Shown here in pieces: positions 9,453 through 19,599 of a stretch of DNA of 64,000 bases (its first letter is position 1; each line of letters starts with the position of its first letter). A program made the translations under genes and the position numbers. Source of the stretch: Ignavibacteria bacterium (GTDB taxonomy: Bacteria; Bacteroidota; Ignavibacteria; Kapaibacteriales; UBA2268); NCBI GenBank assembly GCA_016844745.1, contig JAERMQ010000005.1:47964-111963 (forward strand). Reading direction: 5' to 3'. The notes beneath the pieces are model-generated. The model was not told the DNA's origin. It worked only from the letters and a program-made list of their open reading frames with translations, and did not search any database.

Positions 9453-11252
9453 ATGGAAATGCTTTATGAATATGAATTCGAGGAAGATTATAAATTTGGC
9501 GATAATCCTGATGAGGACTTGTTATATCTATTAAATATTTGCCATGAAAATACGAGTGATATAGACGAAGATATTGTTAAAAAAGCCTTCGGTTTATGCT
9601 TAAGGGCTCATGGAACTCAAAACAGGTCTTCCGGAAAACCCTATTATACCCATCCAATGAAAGTTGCAATTATTATTATCCGGGAATTTTCAATATCCGA
9701 CCCAATAGCCGTTGCAGCATGTTTACTCCATGATACAATCGAAGATACCAAAAATTTAAATGATGATGATAAAATTACATATCAGTCTATTGTAAATGAA
9801 TTCGGCAAGGATATTGGATTTGAAATAGCCGACATCGTAGAAGCCGTAACTAAAATTAAACACTCTAAAACAAGTTTGGTATCAAGCAGGGCTTCCACTT
9901 ATAGGAAACTTTTTCTTTCGCTTGTTAAGGATGTAAGGGTAATACTGATAAAATTAGCAGACCGTCTGCACAATATGAGAACCCTGCATTACTTAGCTCC
10001 TAATAAACAGAAAACTATTGCACTCGAAACATTGAATTTCTATACTCCAATGGCACACCGTCTTGGTCTGTCAAAAATAAAAATGGAATTGGAAGACCGC
10101 TCATTGTATTTTACAGACAACTCTGCCTACGAAGCCATAAGAAATGCACTGATTGAAAAGCGGCGTGACTTCATCGAATATATCCGTGTCTTTTCCGAAC
10201 ATATAGTCACAAGTTTAAACGATAACAGCGTTTCTCATATACTAACAGTTGTTCATAAGCATATTTATGAAATTTACCAGATGATTCAATCAGGCAAATC
10301 TTTAGCCGATATTGATAATTTTTATTCGATGGTGATTACGCTGAATTCCAATGATAAGTTTGAATGTTACAAGGCTCACGGCATTTTGGTTAATGCTTTT
10401 TCTTCAGTTGAAAAGTTAATAGATTATGTAGCGCAGCCTAAAATCAATTGGTTCCAATCCCTGAATACTTTGCTCGTAGGACCGGACGGTAAATTAGTTG
10501 AGGTTTTGATTAGAACCCAGGAAATGGATAAAATTGCAGAAGGCGGAATAGCTGCTTATTTTTCTTTAAATCAGGAAAATGTTCATGCCCTGAATATCAC
10601 AATGGAAGATATTGAACTTTGGGGTGAATGGATGCAGGAAATTGTAGAAGAAGAAGGTGAAGAAGCAACTCAGATTATTTGGGATTCCATTAAAACAAAT
10701 ATTTTCGACAGTGAAATCGTAGTATTTTCTTATGACGGACAAAAAGTAACCCTGCCTCGGGGTTCTACCCCTCTCGATTTTGCCTTCAGTGTTTCGGATG
10801 ATTTGGGGTTTCATTTCATTTCTGCAAAAGTTGGCGGTGAAATCAAAGAACCGTCATACGAATTACAATCGGGTGACAGAGTGTATATAATATCTTCTCC
10901 GAATGCTATGCCAAAATATGAATGGCAGAATTCGGTAGTTTCATGGAGAGCTAAAGTTCATCTCCATAACTACTTTAAAGAACATTCACCGGAAACATCA
11001 CGAACCGGTGAGAAGAAAGAAAATTTCGAAGTACGATTAAGGATTCGTGGAGATAATCAACCCGGAATGCTACGGTCAATCACAGAAGTAATCGGTCAGG
11101 TTAATATTAAACGTATCAACCTCGATAGTTTCGGCGAATTATTCGAAGGTGTAATATGCTTAAATGTAAAAGATATTGCCAATTTAAACAAACTTTTCGC
11201 CCAAATACTCAATATAAGGGGCATCAGGTCTATCGAACAATTAGATGATTAA
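9453..11252 (+). CDS. RelA/SpoT homologue (HD hydrolase, divergent synthetase-like region, TGS, ACT)
   Basis: HD motif is YYTHPMKVA...LLHDTIEDT, followed by ADRLHNMRTL. TGS-like region is VVFSYDGQKVTLPRGSTPLDFAF...GDRVYI. The C-terminus is ACT-like. Confidence 0.8.
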   Translation: MEMLYEYEFEEDYKFGDNPDEDLLYLLNICHENTSDIDEDIVKKAFGLCLRAHGTQNRSSGKPYYTHPMKVAIIIIREFSISDPIAVAACLLHDTIEDTKNLNDDDKITYQSIVNEFGKDIGFEIADIVEAVTKIKHSKTSLVSSRASTYRKLFLSLVKDVRVILIKLADRLHNMRTLHYLAPNKQKTIALETLNFYTPMAHRLGLSKIKMELEDRSLYFTDNSAYEAIRNALIEKRRDFIEYIRVFSEHIVTSLNDNSVSHILTVVHKHIYEIYQMIQSGKSLADIDNFYSMVITLNSNDKFECYKAHGILVNAFSSVEKLIDYVAQPKINWFQSLNTLLVGPDGKLVEVLIRTQEMDKIAEGGIAAYFSLNQENVHALNITMEDIELWGEWMQEIVEEEGEEATQIIWDSIKTNIFDSEIVVFSYDGQKVTLPRGSTPLDFAFSVSDDLGFHFISAKVGGEIKEPSYELQSGDRVYIISSPNAMPKYEWQNSVVSWRAKVHLHNYFKEHSPETSRTGEKKENFEVRLRIRGDNQPGMLRSITEVIGQVNIKRINLDSFGELFEGVICLNVKDIANLNKLFAQILNIRGIRSIEQLDD

Positions 11253-11335
11253 AAAAAATATTTTCAAATAATAAAATACGATAACAATAGTCGGATTTAT
11301 TAAACGTCATACCAGGAAAATTATGTAATGGTAAG

Positions 11336-11740
11336 ATGTTTAAATTATCAAAAAAAGTAGAATACGGGATTTTATCCCTTCAATACATGGCAAACCAAAA
11401 CGGTAACATAATTACTGCAAAGGAAATCTCCGAACACTTGAATATTTCATTTGAATTTCTATCAAAAACCCTGCAAAGCCTGATTAAACAAGGCTTGATT
11501 GAATCCATTCAAGGTGTTCACGGCGGGTACAAATTAGCCAAACCTGCTGATAAAATCACTTTTTCCGATGTAATCAGGGCTTTGGAAAATCGCTCATCAA
11601 TCGTTGAGTGTTTAACAGAAGATATTGAAAATTGCGGCAGAATCAGTTGTTGCACAATCAAAACTCCTATGACTCAAATTCAGGATAAAATCAATAATAT
11701 TTTTGATATAACTACTATTGCTGAAATTGCCATTTACTAA
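11336..11740 (+). CDS. Rrf2-family transcriptional regulator (IscR/SufR-like), probably Fe-S-sensing
   Basis: MFKLSKKVEYGILSLQYMA is a typical Rrf2 N-terminal wHTH. It has the Cys cluster CLTEDIENCGRISCC and sits directly upstream of sufB. Confidence 0.8.
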   Translation: MFKLSKKVEYGILSLQYMANQNGNIITAKEISEHLNISFEFLSKTLQSLIKQGLIESIQGVHGGYKLAKPADKITFSDVIRALENRSSIVECLTEDIENCGRISCCTIKTPMTQIQDKINNIFDITTIAEIAIY

Positions 11741-11786
11741 TAAAAAATTAGAAGATTTTGAAAAACGATTTAATTGAATATAAAAT

Positions 11787-13226
11787 ATGAATAATGATAA
11801 TATTATTGAACAGTTAACTCAAAGCGAATATAAATACGGTTTTGTATCTTCAATCGAACAGGAATTTGCACCAAAAGGTTTGAATGAAGATGTAATTAGA
11901 TTTATTTCAGCTAAGAAAAATGAACCTGAATATATGCTTGAATGGCGTTTAAAATCTTATGCTCATTGGAAAAAGATGACTGAGCCTCATTGGGCAAAAC
12001 TTTACTACCCACCTATTGATTACGATGACGCTTATTATTATGCAGCTCCGAAAAAGAATCTGAAACTCAGTCTTGATGAGGTTGACCCGGAATTATTAGC
12101 TACGTTTAATAAATTGGGTGTTCCTATCGAAGAGCAGAAACATTTAGCCGGGGTTGCTGTCGATGCAGTATTGGACAGCGTTTCGGTCGCAACTACATTC
12201 AAAAGTAAACTTGCTGAGTTAGGAATAATATTTTGTCCTATAAGCGAAGCCATTATCGAGCATCCGGAATTAGTAAAAAAGCACTTGGGAAGCGTCGTTC
12301 CATATACGGACAACTTTTTTGCAGCGCTCAATTCCGCTGTTTTTACTGATGGCTCTTTTTGTTATATTCCGCCAGGAGTGCGTAGTCCGATGGAGCTATC
12401 GACTTATTTTCGCATAAATGCAGCATCCACAGGACAATTCGAACGAACATTGATAATTGCGGATGAAGGTAGCTATGTTAGTTACCTTGAAGGCTGCACA
12501 GCGCCTATACGGGATGAAAACCAGCTACATGCCGCCGTGGTTGAGCTTATTGCTTACAAGAAGGCAGAAATTAAGTATTCAACAGTACAGAACTGGTACC
12601 CCGGCGATAAAGACGGAAAGGGTGGAATTTATAATTTCGTAACTAAAAGGGGCATTTGCTTAGGGGATAATTCAAAAATATCCTGGACACAAGTTGAAAC
12701 AGGCTCTTCGATTACATGGAAATATCCTGGATGTATTCTTAAGGGAGACAATTCCGTTGGCGAATTTTATTCCGTCGCAATGACCAACAACAAACAGCAG
12801 GCGGATACGGGAACGAAAATGATTCATCTCGGGAAAAATACAAAGAGCAGAATAGTATCAAAAGGTATTTCCGCTGGAAAGAGTAACAATAGTTATCGTG
12901 GTTTGGTTAAAATAAACAAAGGTTCCGAAAACTCAAGAAATTTTTCGCAATGCGATTCCCTTCTGATTGGCGACCGCTGTGGCGCTCATACTTTTCCATA
13001 TCTGGAAGTATCGAACAGTTCGGCTATTGTTGAGCATGAAGCCACAACTTCCAAGATTTCCGAAGACCAGCTTTTTTACTTTAAGCAGCGCGGTATTTCG
13101 AATGAAGATGCTATTGCAATGATAGTCAACGGATACGCCCGTGAAGTGTTGAATCAGTTACCGATGGAATTCGCAGTAGAAGCACAAAAGCTGCTGGCTG
13201 TAAGTCTTGAGGGAAGCGTGGGGTAA
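11787..13226 (+). CDS. sufB: Fe-S cluster assembly protein SufB
   Basis: Full-length SufB-like sequence (YKYGF..., [15 protein letters not shown] end) in the suf operon context. Confidence 0.92.
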   Translation: MNNDNIIEQLTQSEYKYGFVSSIEQEFAPKGLNEDVIRFISAKKNEPEYMLEWRLKSYAHWKKMTEPHWAKLYYPPIDYDDAYYYAAPKKNLKLSLDEVDPELLATFNKLGVPIEEQKHLAGVAVDAVLDSVSVATTFKSKLAELGIIFCPISEAIIEHPELVKKHLGSVVPYTDNFFAALNSAVFTDGSFCYIPPGVRSPMELSTYFRINAASTGQFERTLIIADEGSYVSYLEGCTAPIRDENQLHAAVVELIAYKKAEIKYSTVQNWYPGDKDGKGGIYNFVTKRGICLGDNSKISWTQVETGSSITWKYPGCILKGDNSVGEFYSVAMTNNKQQADTGTKMIHLGKNTKSRIVSKGISAGKSNNSYRGLVKINKGSENSRNFSQCDSLLIGDRCGAHTFPYLEVSNSSAIVEHEATTSKISEDQLFYFKQRGISNEDAIAMIVNGYAREVLNQLPMEFAVEAQKLLAVSLEGSVG

Positions 13227-13267
13227 ATTACGAATTACGAATTACGAATTACGAATTACGAATTACG
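13226..13267. repeat. Heptanucleotide tandem repeat (AATTACG)x6
   Basis: Six perfect units counted, starting on the last base of the sufB stop codon. Confidence 0.95.
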
Positions 13268-13316
13268 AAAAATAAACATTTTGACAATAAAAGAGACGAA
13301 ATGGAATTTCGTGTTA

Positions 13317-13343
13317 CATTGACCATTAACCATTGACCATTAA
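13317..13343. repeat. Heptanucleotide tandem repeat (CATTGAC/CATTAAC), short array
   Basis: Sequence is cattgaccattaaccattgaccattaa. This is the same unit as the long array at 25214..25311. Confidence 0.9.
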
Positions 13344-13348
13344 AAAAA

Positions 13349-14095
13349 ATGAACTTATTAAAGATTAGTAAATTAGAAGCACAAATAGACGGTAAACAAA
13401 TACTTCGCGGAGTTGACCTTACAGTTAACACCGGAGAAATTCATGCTATAATGGGACCTAACGGTTCGGGTAAAAGCACATTGGCTTCCGTTTTAGCCGG
13501 ACGGGATGGATACGAAGTTACCGGCGGTTCGGTCGAATTCGAAGGAAAAAATTTGTTCGATATGCCACCGGAAATCAGGGCTCGCGAAGGTATCTTCCTT
13601 GCATTTCAATATCCCGTTGAAATTCCGGGTGTATCCAATGCAAATTTTATGAAATCTGCCGTTAATGAAATACGGAAACACAGGAACTTAGAACCATTCG
13701 ATGCTCTCGACTTTTTAGAAGAAATGAAACAAAAGGCACAACTCGTCGAAATGGATAAAAGTTTTATGAGCAGGTCGGTTAACGAAGGATTTTCCGGTGG
13801 CGAAAAAAAGCGTAATGAAATTTTTCAGATGGCAATGTTAGAGCCGCGTTTGGCAATTTTAGATGAAACCGATTCCGGATTGGATATTGATGCTTTGAAA
13901 ATTGTTGCGGCAGGAGTAAATAAAATTCACGGTAAGGATGACGCCGTAATATTGATAACTCATTATCAAAGACTGCTGGATTATATAACCCCCGATTTCG
14001 TTCATGTACTTTACAATGGAATGATTGTAAAATCCGGTACGAAGGAACTTGCATTCGAACTTGAAGAAAAAGGCTACGACTGGCTTAAGGGATGA
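13349..14095 (+). CDS. sufC: Fe-S cluster assembly ATPase SufC
   Basis: Walker A GPNGSGKST, signature FSGGEKKR and Walker B LAILDETDSGLD. Confidence 0.93.
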   Translation: MNLLKISKLEAQIDGKQILRGVDLTVNTGEIHAIMGPNGSGKSTLASVLAGRDGYEVTGGSVEFEGKNLFDMPPEIRAREGIFLAFQYPVEIPGVSNANFMKSAVNEIRKHRNLEPFDALDFLEEMKQKAQLVEMDKSFMSRSVNEGFSGGEKKRNEIFQMAMLEPRLAILDETDSGLDIDALKIVAAGVNKIHGKDDAVILITHYQRLLDYITPDFVHVLYNGMIVKSGTKELAFELEEKGYDWLKG

Positions 14096-14120
14096 TTTTT
14101 TGAACAATAGCTAAGTTAAA

Positions 14121-15437
14121 ATGAATATGAATACAGGATTTAGTAAGTTTATCGATTCGATGAGGGATTACTTTGAGAATTCAAATGGAACAACTCAAAT
14201 ATCGGATTTCCGCAGAAATGCATGGAATGAATTTGAGAGGAACGGCATTCCAACCAGGAAAACAGAAGACTGGAAATATGTCAATCTTAGTTTCATTGGA
14301 GATATTGATTTCAATTATGCTAAGTTTATCAGCAAAATAAATGACATAAGAAAATATGATAAATTCAGAACTATTCTACCTTCAGCACATAATCTAATAT
14401 TCGTTAACGGTGTTTTCCTGCCGGAATTATCTTCTCCGGCAATACCACAAATCGAGTACTGTAGCCTTAACACGGATACTATGCTTGTGAATTTTAGTAA
14501 TAATGTAAATCTGAATAATAGAATCAAATCCCATAAAAATCCATTTTCATTATTGTCTGAAGCCCTTACAGATAATTATTTTTCTATTCGCATCGAGGAT
14601 AATGTAACAATAGAAACACCTATACATTTAATAAATATCCTCGATTCTAGCGATGAATCAATAATTTCGACAACAAGGTGCAATATTTCCATTGGCAAGA
14701 ATTCTGAAGTATCACTAATTGAAACAAATTATAAAACAGGCAATAATGCCGGTTTGGGAATAAACTTAACGAATATAATTGCAGATAATGACAGCCGGTG
14801 TACATATTATAAGTTGCAGAGTGATAATAATAATTCTTATTTCATCAGCGAAACTAATTTCTTACAAAATCGTGGCTCTATGCTTGATTCATTCTCCTTT
14901 TCGTTAGATGGCAAATTGATTAGAAATGACCTGAATATTGTTTTAAATGGTTCCGGCTCCGAATCTAATCTTTATGGACTTTATTTTGCAGATGGAAAAG
15001 ATTTAATCGATAATCATACATCCATATATCATGCAAATCCCGATTGTAGTAGTAATCAGACTTACAAAGGCATATTGGCAGGTTCCGGTACGGGTATTTT
15101 TAATGGAAAAATTGTCGTCGAGGAAGATGCACAGCGAACAAAAGCATATCAATCAAACAAGAATATTTTATTATCCAACGATGCCACAATCAATACGAAA
15201 CCTCAGCTTGAAATCAATGCTGATGATGTACGATGCAGCCATGGCGCCACTTCCGGCAGGTTGGATGAAGAATCGTTGTTTTATTTAAGAAGCCGGGGTA
15301 TCAGCGCTGATGATGCGAAAATTTTACTTTTAAAAGCTTTTGCGGATGATATAATTTCAAAAGTAAAATATACGGAATTACAGGATTTAATCTCGAATTT
15401 GGTAAGTGAAAAATTTACATCCAATGGTAATAATTAG
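14121..15437 (+). CDS. sufD: Fe-S cluster assembly protein SufD
   Basis: Position after sufC, with the C-terminal beta-helix region shared with SufB (RCSHGATSGRLDEESLFYLRSRGIS). Confidence 0.88.
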   Translation: MNMNTGFSKFIDSMRDYFENSNGTTQISDFRRNAWNEFERNGIPTRKTEDWKYVNLSFIGDIDFNYAKFISKINDIRKYDKFRTILPSAHNLIFVNGVFLPELSSPAIPQIEYCSLNTDTMLVNFSNNVNLNNRIKSHKNPFSLLSEALTDNYFSIRIEDNVTIETPIHLINILDSSDESIISTTRCNISIGKNSEVSLIETNYKTGNNAGLGINLTNIIADNDSRCTYYKLQSDNNNSYFISETNFLQNRGSMLDSFSFSLDGKLIRNDLNIVLNGSGSESNLYGLYFADGKDLIDNHTSIYHANPDCSSNQTYKGILAGSGTGIFNGKIVVEEDAQRTKAYQSNKNILLSNDATINTKPQLEINADDVRCSHGATSGRLDEESLFYLRSRGISADDAKILLLKAFADDIISKVKYTELQDLISNLVSEKFTSNGNN

Positions 15438-15459
15438 ACAAATAATATAAAAAGTTTGT

Positions 15460-16734
15460 ATGTTCAAATTTAAGATACAGGAAGGTTTAAAGGTAATTCA
15501 GCCGGGACAATTAGTTGAATTCCCTGTTGCCCAAATTCGTGGGGATTTTCCTATCCTGCAGAGAATTGTACATAACAAACCACTTATATATTTCGATAAC
15601 GCCGCTACCACTCAAAAGCCCCGTTCTGTTATCGATACGATTACTAATTATTATACTTCATATAACAGCAATATTCACCGCGGTGTTCATTATCTTTCGC
15701 AGCTTGCAACGGACGATTACGAGAAAGCACGCAAGATAATTCAAAAATTCATTAATGCCGGCAGCTCCGATGAAATAATATATACGAGAGGAGCAACCGA
15801 ATCAATTAATCTTGTTGCTGCAACCTATGGCAGGGCGAATTTAAAATCAGGAGATGAGGTACTAATCTCTTACATGGAACATCATTCTAACATAGTTCCC
15901 TGGCAAATAATATGCGAGCAAACAGGAGCTAAGCTGATTGTTGCTCCAATTGACGACAACGGCGATATTATTTTAGAAGAATTCAATAAATTATTAAACG
16001 ACAGGACAAAGATTGTATCAATAGTTCACATTTCCAATTCTCTTGGAACAATTAATCCAATTAAGGAAATTATTGACCGGGGACATCGCTATGGCGCTGT
16101 TGTGCTTATTGACGGCGCTCAATCCGTACAACATGCTAAAATTGATGTTAAAACTCTTGACTGTGATTTTTTTGTTTTTTCAGGTCATAAAATTTATGGT
16201 CCTACCGGCATCGGGGTGCTTTATGGAAAAAGAGCTATTCTTGAAAAGATGCCACCTTATCAGGGCGGCGGCGATATGATAAAATCGGTGCGTTTCGAAC
16301 GTACAATTTACAACGACCTGCCATATAAATTCGAAGCAGGCACTCCCAATATAGTAGGCGCTATTGGACTTGGCGAAGCGATTGATTACCTGCATAGCAT
16401 TGGAATCGAAGCCATTGCCAATTATGAAACAAGATTATTGAATTATGCAACTCATGTTATTAGCGAAATACCAGGTGTGGAAATCATCGGTAAAGCAAAA
16501 CACAAATCGAGTGTTATATCATTCGTGATTGTCGGTATTCACCCACACGATATAGGTACTATGCTGGATGTGGACGGTATTGCAATTCGAACCGGTCATC
16601 ACTGCACCGAGCCTGTTATGCACCGGTATGGGATACCTGCAACATCCAGGGCATCATTTGCTTTTTACAATACCTTCGAGGAAATCGACTACTTTGCGGA
16701 ATCATTAAAAAAAGTTATAAAAATGTTTTCATGA
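15460..16734 (+). CDS. sufS: Cysteine desulfurase SufS (class V aminotransferase)
   Basis: Motifs IRGDFPIL, YFDNAATTQKP, SGHKIYGPTGIG (PLP lysine) and RTGHHCTEP (catalytic Cys). Confidence 0.92.
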   Translation: MFKFKIQEGLKVIQPGQLVEFPVAQIRGDFPILQRIVHNKPLIYFDNAATTQKPRSVIDTITNYYTSYNSNIHRGVHYLSQLATDDYEKARKIIQKFINAGSSDEIIYTRGATESINLVAATYGRANLKSGDEVLISYMEHHSNIVPWQIICEQTGAKLIVAPIDDNGDIILEEFNKLLNDRTKIVSIVHISNSLGTINPIKEIIDRGHRYGAVVLIDGAQSVQHAKIDVKTLDCDFFVFSGHKIYGPTGIGVLYGKRAILEKMPPYQGGGDMIKSVRFERTIYNDLPYKFEAGTPNIVGAIGLGEAIDYLHSIGIEAIANYETRLLNYATHVISEIPGVEIIGKAKHKSSVISFVIVGIHPHDIGTMLDVDGIAIRTGHHCTEPVMHRYGIPATSRASFAFYNTFEEIDYFAESLKKVIKMFS

Positions 16735-16740
16735 AACAGT

Positions 16741-17214
16741 ATGAATGAAATTCAGGAGTTATATCAGCAGGTTATCCTGGACCATAATAAGAATCCCAGG
16801 AATTTTGGCGCAATCGAGCATCCGAGCCATTTCGCAGAAGGACACAATCCGTTATGCGGCGACCATTTGGATTTGTATATGAATATCGAAGAAGGAATAA
16901 TTAAGGAAGTCAGGTTTAACGGCTCCGGATGTGCTATTTCAAAGGCATCTGCATCGGTTATGACTACTATTCTGAAAAATAAAACAATCACTGAAGCACA
17001 GGAATTGTTTAAATCATTTCAAGAGGCTGTAACATCCGATACCGAAACACTTATTGACGAAATTAATTTAGGCAAACTTGCCGTTTTTTGTGGGGTAAGG
17101 GAATTCCCTGCCCGTGTTAAATGTGCTTCCCTCCCCTGGCATACTCTCATTAACGCCCTGGAAGGGAAACAGGAATCTTCAATAGAAATTCAAAGTGAAA
17201 ATCATGGAAAATAA
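16741..17214 (+). CDS. sufU: SUF-system NifU-family Fe-S scaffold SufU
   Basis: Motifs YQQVILDHNKNPRN, NPLCGD, GSGCAIS and RVKCASLPW. Confidence 0.88.
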   Translation: MNEIQELYQQVILDHNKNPRNFGAIEHPSHFAEGHNPLCGDHLDLYMNIEEGIIKEVRFNGSGCAISKASASVMTTILKNKTITEAQELFKSFQEAVTSDTETLIDEINLGKLAVFCGVREFPARVKCASLPWHTLINALEGKQESSIEIQSENHGK

Positions 17215-17527
17215 TATAGATTTAAATCAGCTTGAAACCAAGATTATTGAGGTTCTCAAAGATATTTACGACCCGGAAATTCCGGTTAATATTTTCGATT
17301 TGGGCTTGGTTTATAATGTGGGCATTACAAAAGAACTGGAAGTGGTTATTCTGATGACACTGACATCACCGAATTGCCCGGTTGCGGAAAGCTTGCCGAT
17401 GGAAGTTCAGCAGCATATTTCTGAAATTCCAGGTGTAAAAAGCACCGAAGCAGTTGTAACATTCGACCCACCCTGGGATAGGTCGATGCTCTCCGAAGCT
17501 GCCAAACTCGATTTGGGGCTTTGGTGA
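17195..17527 (+). CDS. DUF59/SufT-like metal-sulfur cluster assembly factor
   Basis: DPEIPVNIFDLGLVY...LTSPNCPVAE motif. It overlaps sufU by 20 nt. Confidence 0.8.
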   Translation: MKIMENNIDLNQLETKIIEVLKDIYDPEIPVNIFDLGLVYNVGITKELEVVILMTLTSPNCPVAESLPMEVQQHISEIPGVKSTEAVVTFDPPWDRSMLSEAAKLDLGLW

Positions 17528-17545
17528 TTTTATAAAGAAATAAAT

Positions 17546-17821
17546 TTGATGATAGTAAAATTAAAATTATATTCTGAAATACATAATATAAGTGTAGAAG
17601 ATGATGACACAATACTAACATCGGCAATGGAACAAGGAGTGGAACCTCCTTTCAGTTGCCAGATTGGTATATGCTCAACCTGCCGGGCAAAATTGGAAAG
17701 CGGAACAATCTCGATGGATTGTCATGACTCGTTAACCGACGAAGAAGTAGATGAGGGATGGGTTCTTACTTGTCAGGCTCATCCGGTTAGTAATAATGTT
17801 TACTTGAATTATGATTATTAA
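17546..17821 (+). CDS. Plant-type [2Fe-2S] ferredoxin
   Basis: Cys pattern CQIGICSTC...LTCQA. Confidence 0.8.
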   Translation: MMIVKLKLYSEIHNISVEDDDTILTSAMEQGVEPPFSCQIGICSTCRAKLESGTISMDCHDSLTDEEVDEGWVLTCQAHPVSNNVYLNYDY

Positions 17822-17849
17822 ATATTTTCAATAAAGAAAGGATTGAATT

Positions 17850-18236
17850 ATGGAAAACACAATTAACGATATCGAATGCGAAATCATTGACTCGGAAGTG
17901 CTTGGTGGCGAGAACGATGATATGATTAGAATAACACATAAAGCAATCGAAGTAATTAAAAAAGTACGGGTAGAAAATAATGTACCTGATGAATACTACC
18001 TTCGCATCGGCACTCGTGGCGGCGGCTGTTCAGGAATGAATTATACTTTAGGCTTCGACTCGCAGGTTAATGAGAATGATAAATCATTTAAATTAACCGA
18101 TATGGAAATGGTAATCGATGCAAAGAGCATTTTTTACCTTATGGGTATTACTCTCGATTATACTGAAAGCCCTGATGGCAGCGGCTTTGTATTTATTTCC
18201 GAAAATGAATTACCGACTTGTGGCTGTAGTCATTAA
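17850..18236 (+). CDS. HesB/IscA/SufA-family Fe-S cluster insertion protein
   Basis: RIGTRGGGCSGMNY plus a C-terminal CGC motif. Confidence 0.85.
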   Translation: MENTINDIECEIIDSEVLGGENDDMIRITHKAIEVIKKVRVENNVPDEYYLRIGTRGGGCSGMNYTLGFDSQVNENDKSFKLTDMEMVIDAKSIFYLMGITLDYTESPDGSGFVFISENELPTCGCSH

Positions 18237-18278
18237 TTAGTTTATAACATTTTTTTTAATATAATTATTGGAGTTTTT

Positions 18279-18854
18279 ATGAAATACGAATTGCCTGCAT
18301 TGCCATTCCCGATTGACTCTCTTGCTCCGCATATATCGGCGGAAACCCTCGAGTATCATCATGGCAAGCACCACGCAGCTTATGTTAACAATCTCAACAA
18401 TTTAGTTGAAGGCACCGATTTTGCCGGTAAATCATTGGAAGAAATCATCAAATCCGCGCAGGGACCGATTTTCAATAATGCCGCACAAATCTGGAACCAC
18501 ACTTTCTTCTGGGATAGCTTATCCCCAAATAGTGGAGGTACCCCAACAGGCAAGGTTGCCGATGCAATTGCAAACAGCTTTGGCAGCTTTGATGTATTCA
18601 AAGATAAATTTTCAAAAGCAGCAACTTCACTTTTCGGAGCCGGTTGGACATGGCTTGTCAAGACCGAATCCGGCAGCCTCGATATTATTTCCACTTCAAA
18701 TGCAGGAAATCCATTAACCGAAGGTAAGTCGCCCATCCTTACAATTGATGTTTGGGAGCATGCCTACTATATTGACTACCGCAATGCCCGACCTAAATTT
18801 ATCGAGCATTTCTGGGAACTTGTCAATTGGGAAAATGTTCTTAAAGGACTCTGA
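18279..18854 (+). CDS. Fe/Mn superoxide dismutase
   Basis: Motifs LPALPF, LEYHHGKHH, AAQIWNHTFFW and DVWEHAYYIDY. Confidence 0.93.
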   Translation: MKYELPALPFPIDSLAPHISAETLEYHHGKHHAAYVNNLNNLVEGTDFAGKSLEEIIKSAQGPIFNNAAQIWNHTFFWDSLSPNSGGTPTGKVADAIANSFGSFDVFKDKFSKAATSLFGAGWTWLVKTESGSLDIISTSNAGNPLTEGKSPILTIDVWEHAYYIDYRNARPKFIEHFWELVNWENVLKGL

Positions 18855-18908
18855 TACAAATAATAATTTGCCCTTTAAATATTAAATTCTTAATTTTATA
18901 TTTTTGCA

Positions 18909-18947
18909 GCCATCCGGTTTGATAAAGACCGGATGGCATATATTTTT
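18909..18947 (+). terminator. Rho-independent terminator after SOD
   Basis: Stem gccatccgg / ccggatggc with a 10-11 nt loop, followed by atatattttt. Confidence 0.7.
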
Positions 18948-18960
18948 GAATAAATGATTT

Positions 18961-19599
18961 ATGGATACACTTGGATTATTTCCTCTTGGTATAGTACTCT
19001 TTCCGGAGTCAGTACTCCCTCTTCACATTTTCGAAGACAGGTACAAGGTTTTAATTAAGGAGTGTATAGATTCAGGAAAAATATTCGGAATTAATCTAAT
19101 CGAATCCTCAAAATTGCATAATATCGGATGCTCTGCTGAAGTAGCGGAATTATTCCAGGTTTTCGACGACGGTAAAATGGATATATTGGTTCGGGGATTG
19201 AAACGCTTCAAAGTTAAACATTTCACAGAGAGTACTTATGGATATTTCATCGGAAAAGTCGAATATTTCCAGGATGCGGATGATGAAATCGAAGAATACG
19301 TATTGATGGACTGTATAGAGAAATATAATATTATTGTTGATAATTTAGTCGATTTGAAAATAGAAAAACTTGATATTTTGAATATAAAAACAAAAATGCC
19401 ATCTTTTTTAATAGCTCAAAAGGCAGGTTTGGCGCTATTGCAGAAGCAAACTTTACTTGAAATTCATTCTGAAAATAAAAGGCTGCTTTTTCTGCAAGAC
19501 CATTTAACAAAAATTCTTCCAATGGTCAGGGAAGCTGAACACGTATCGAAAATAGTAAGAAACGACGGATATTACAACCCTTTCAACTTTCGCGGATGA
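18961..19599 (+). CDS. LON N-terminal substrate-binding-domain protein
   Basis: LFPLGIVLFPESVLPLHIFEDRYKVLI is a typical LON_substr_bdg start. Confidence 0.75.
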   Translation: MDTLGLFPLGIVLFPESVLPLHIFEDRYKVLIKECIDSGKIFGINLIESSKLHNIGCSAEVAELFQVFDDGKMDILVRGLKRFKVKHFTESTYGYFIGKVEYFQDADDEIEEYVLMDCIEKYNIIVDNLVDLKIEKLDILNIKTKMPSFLIAQKAGLALLQKQTLLEIHSENKRLLFLQDHLTKILPMVREAEHVSKIVRNDGYYNPFNFRG

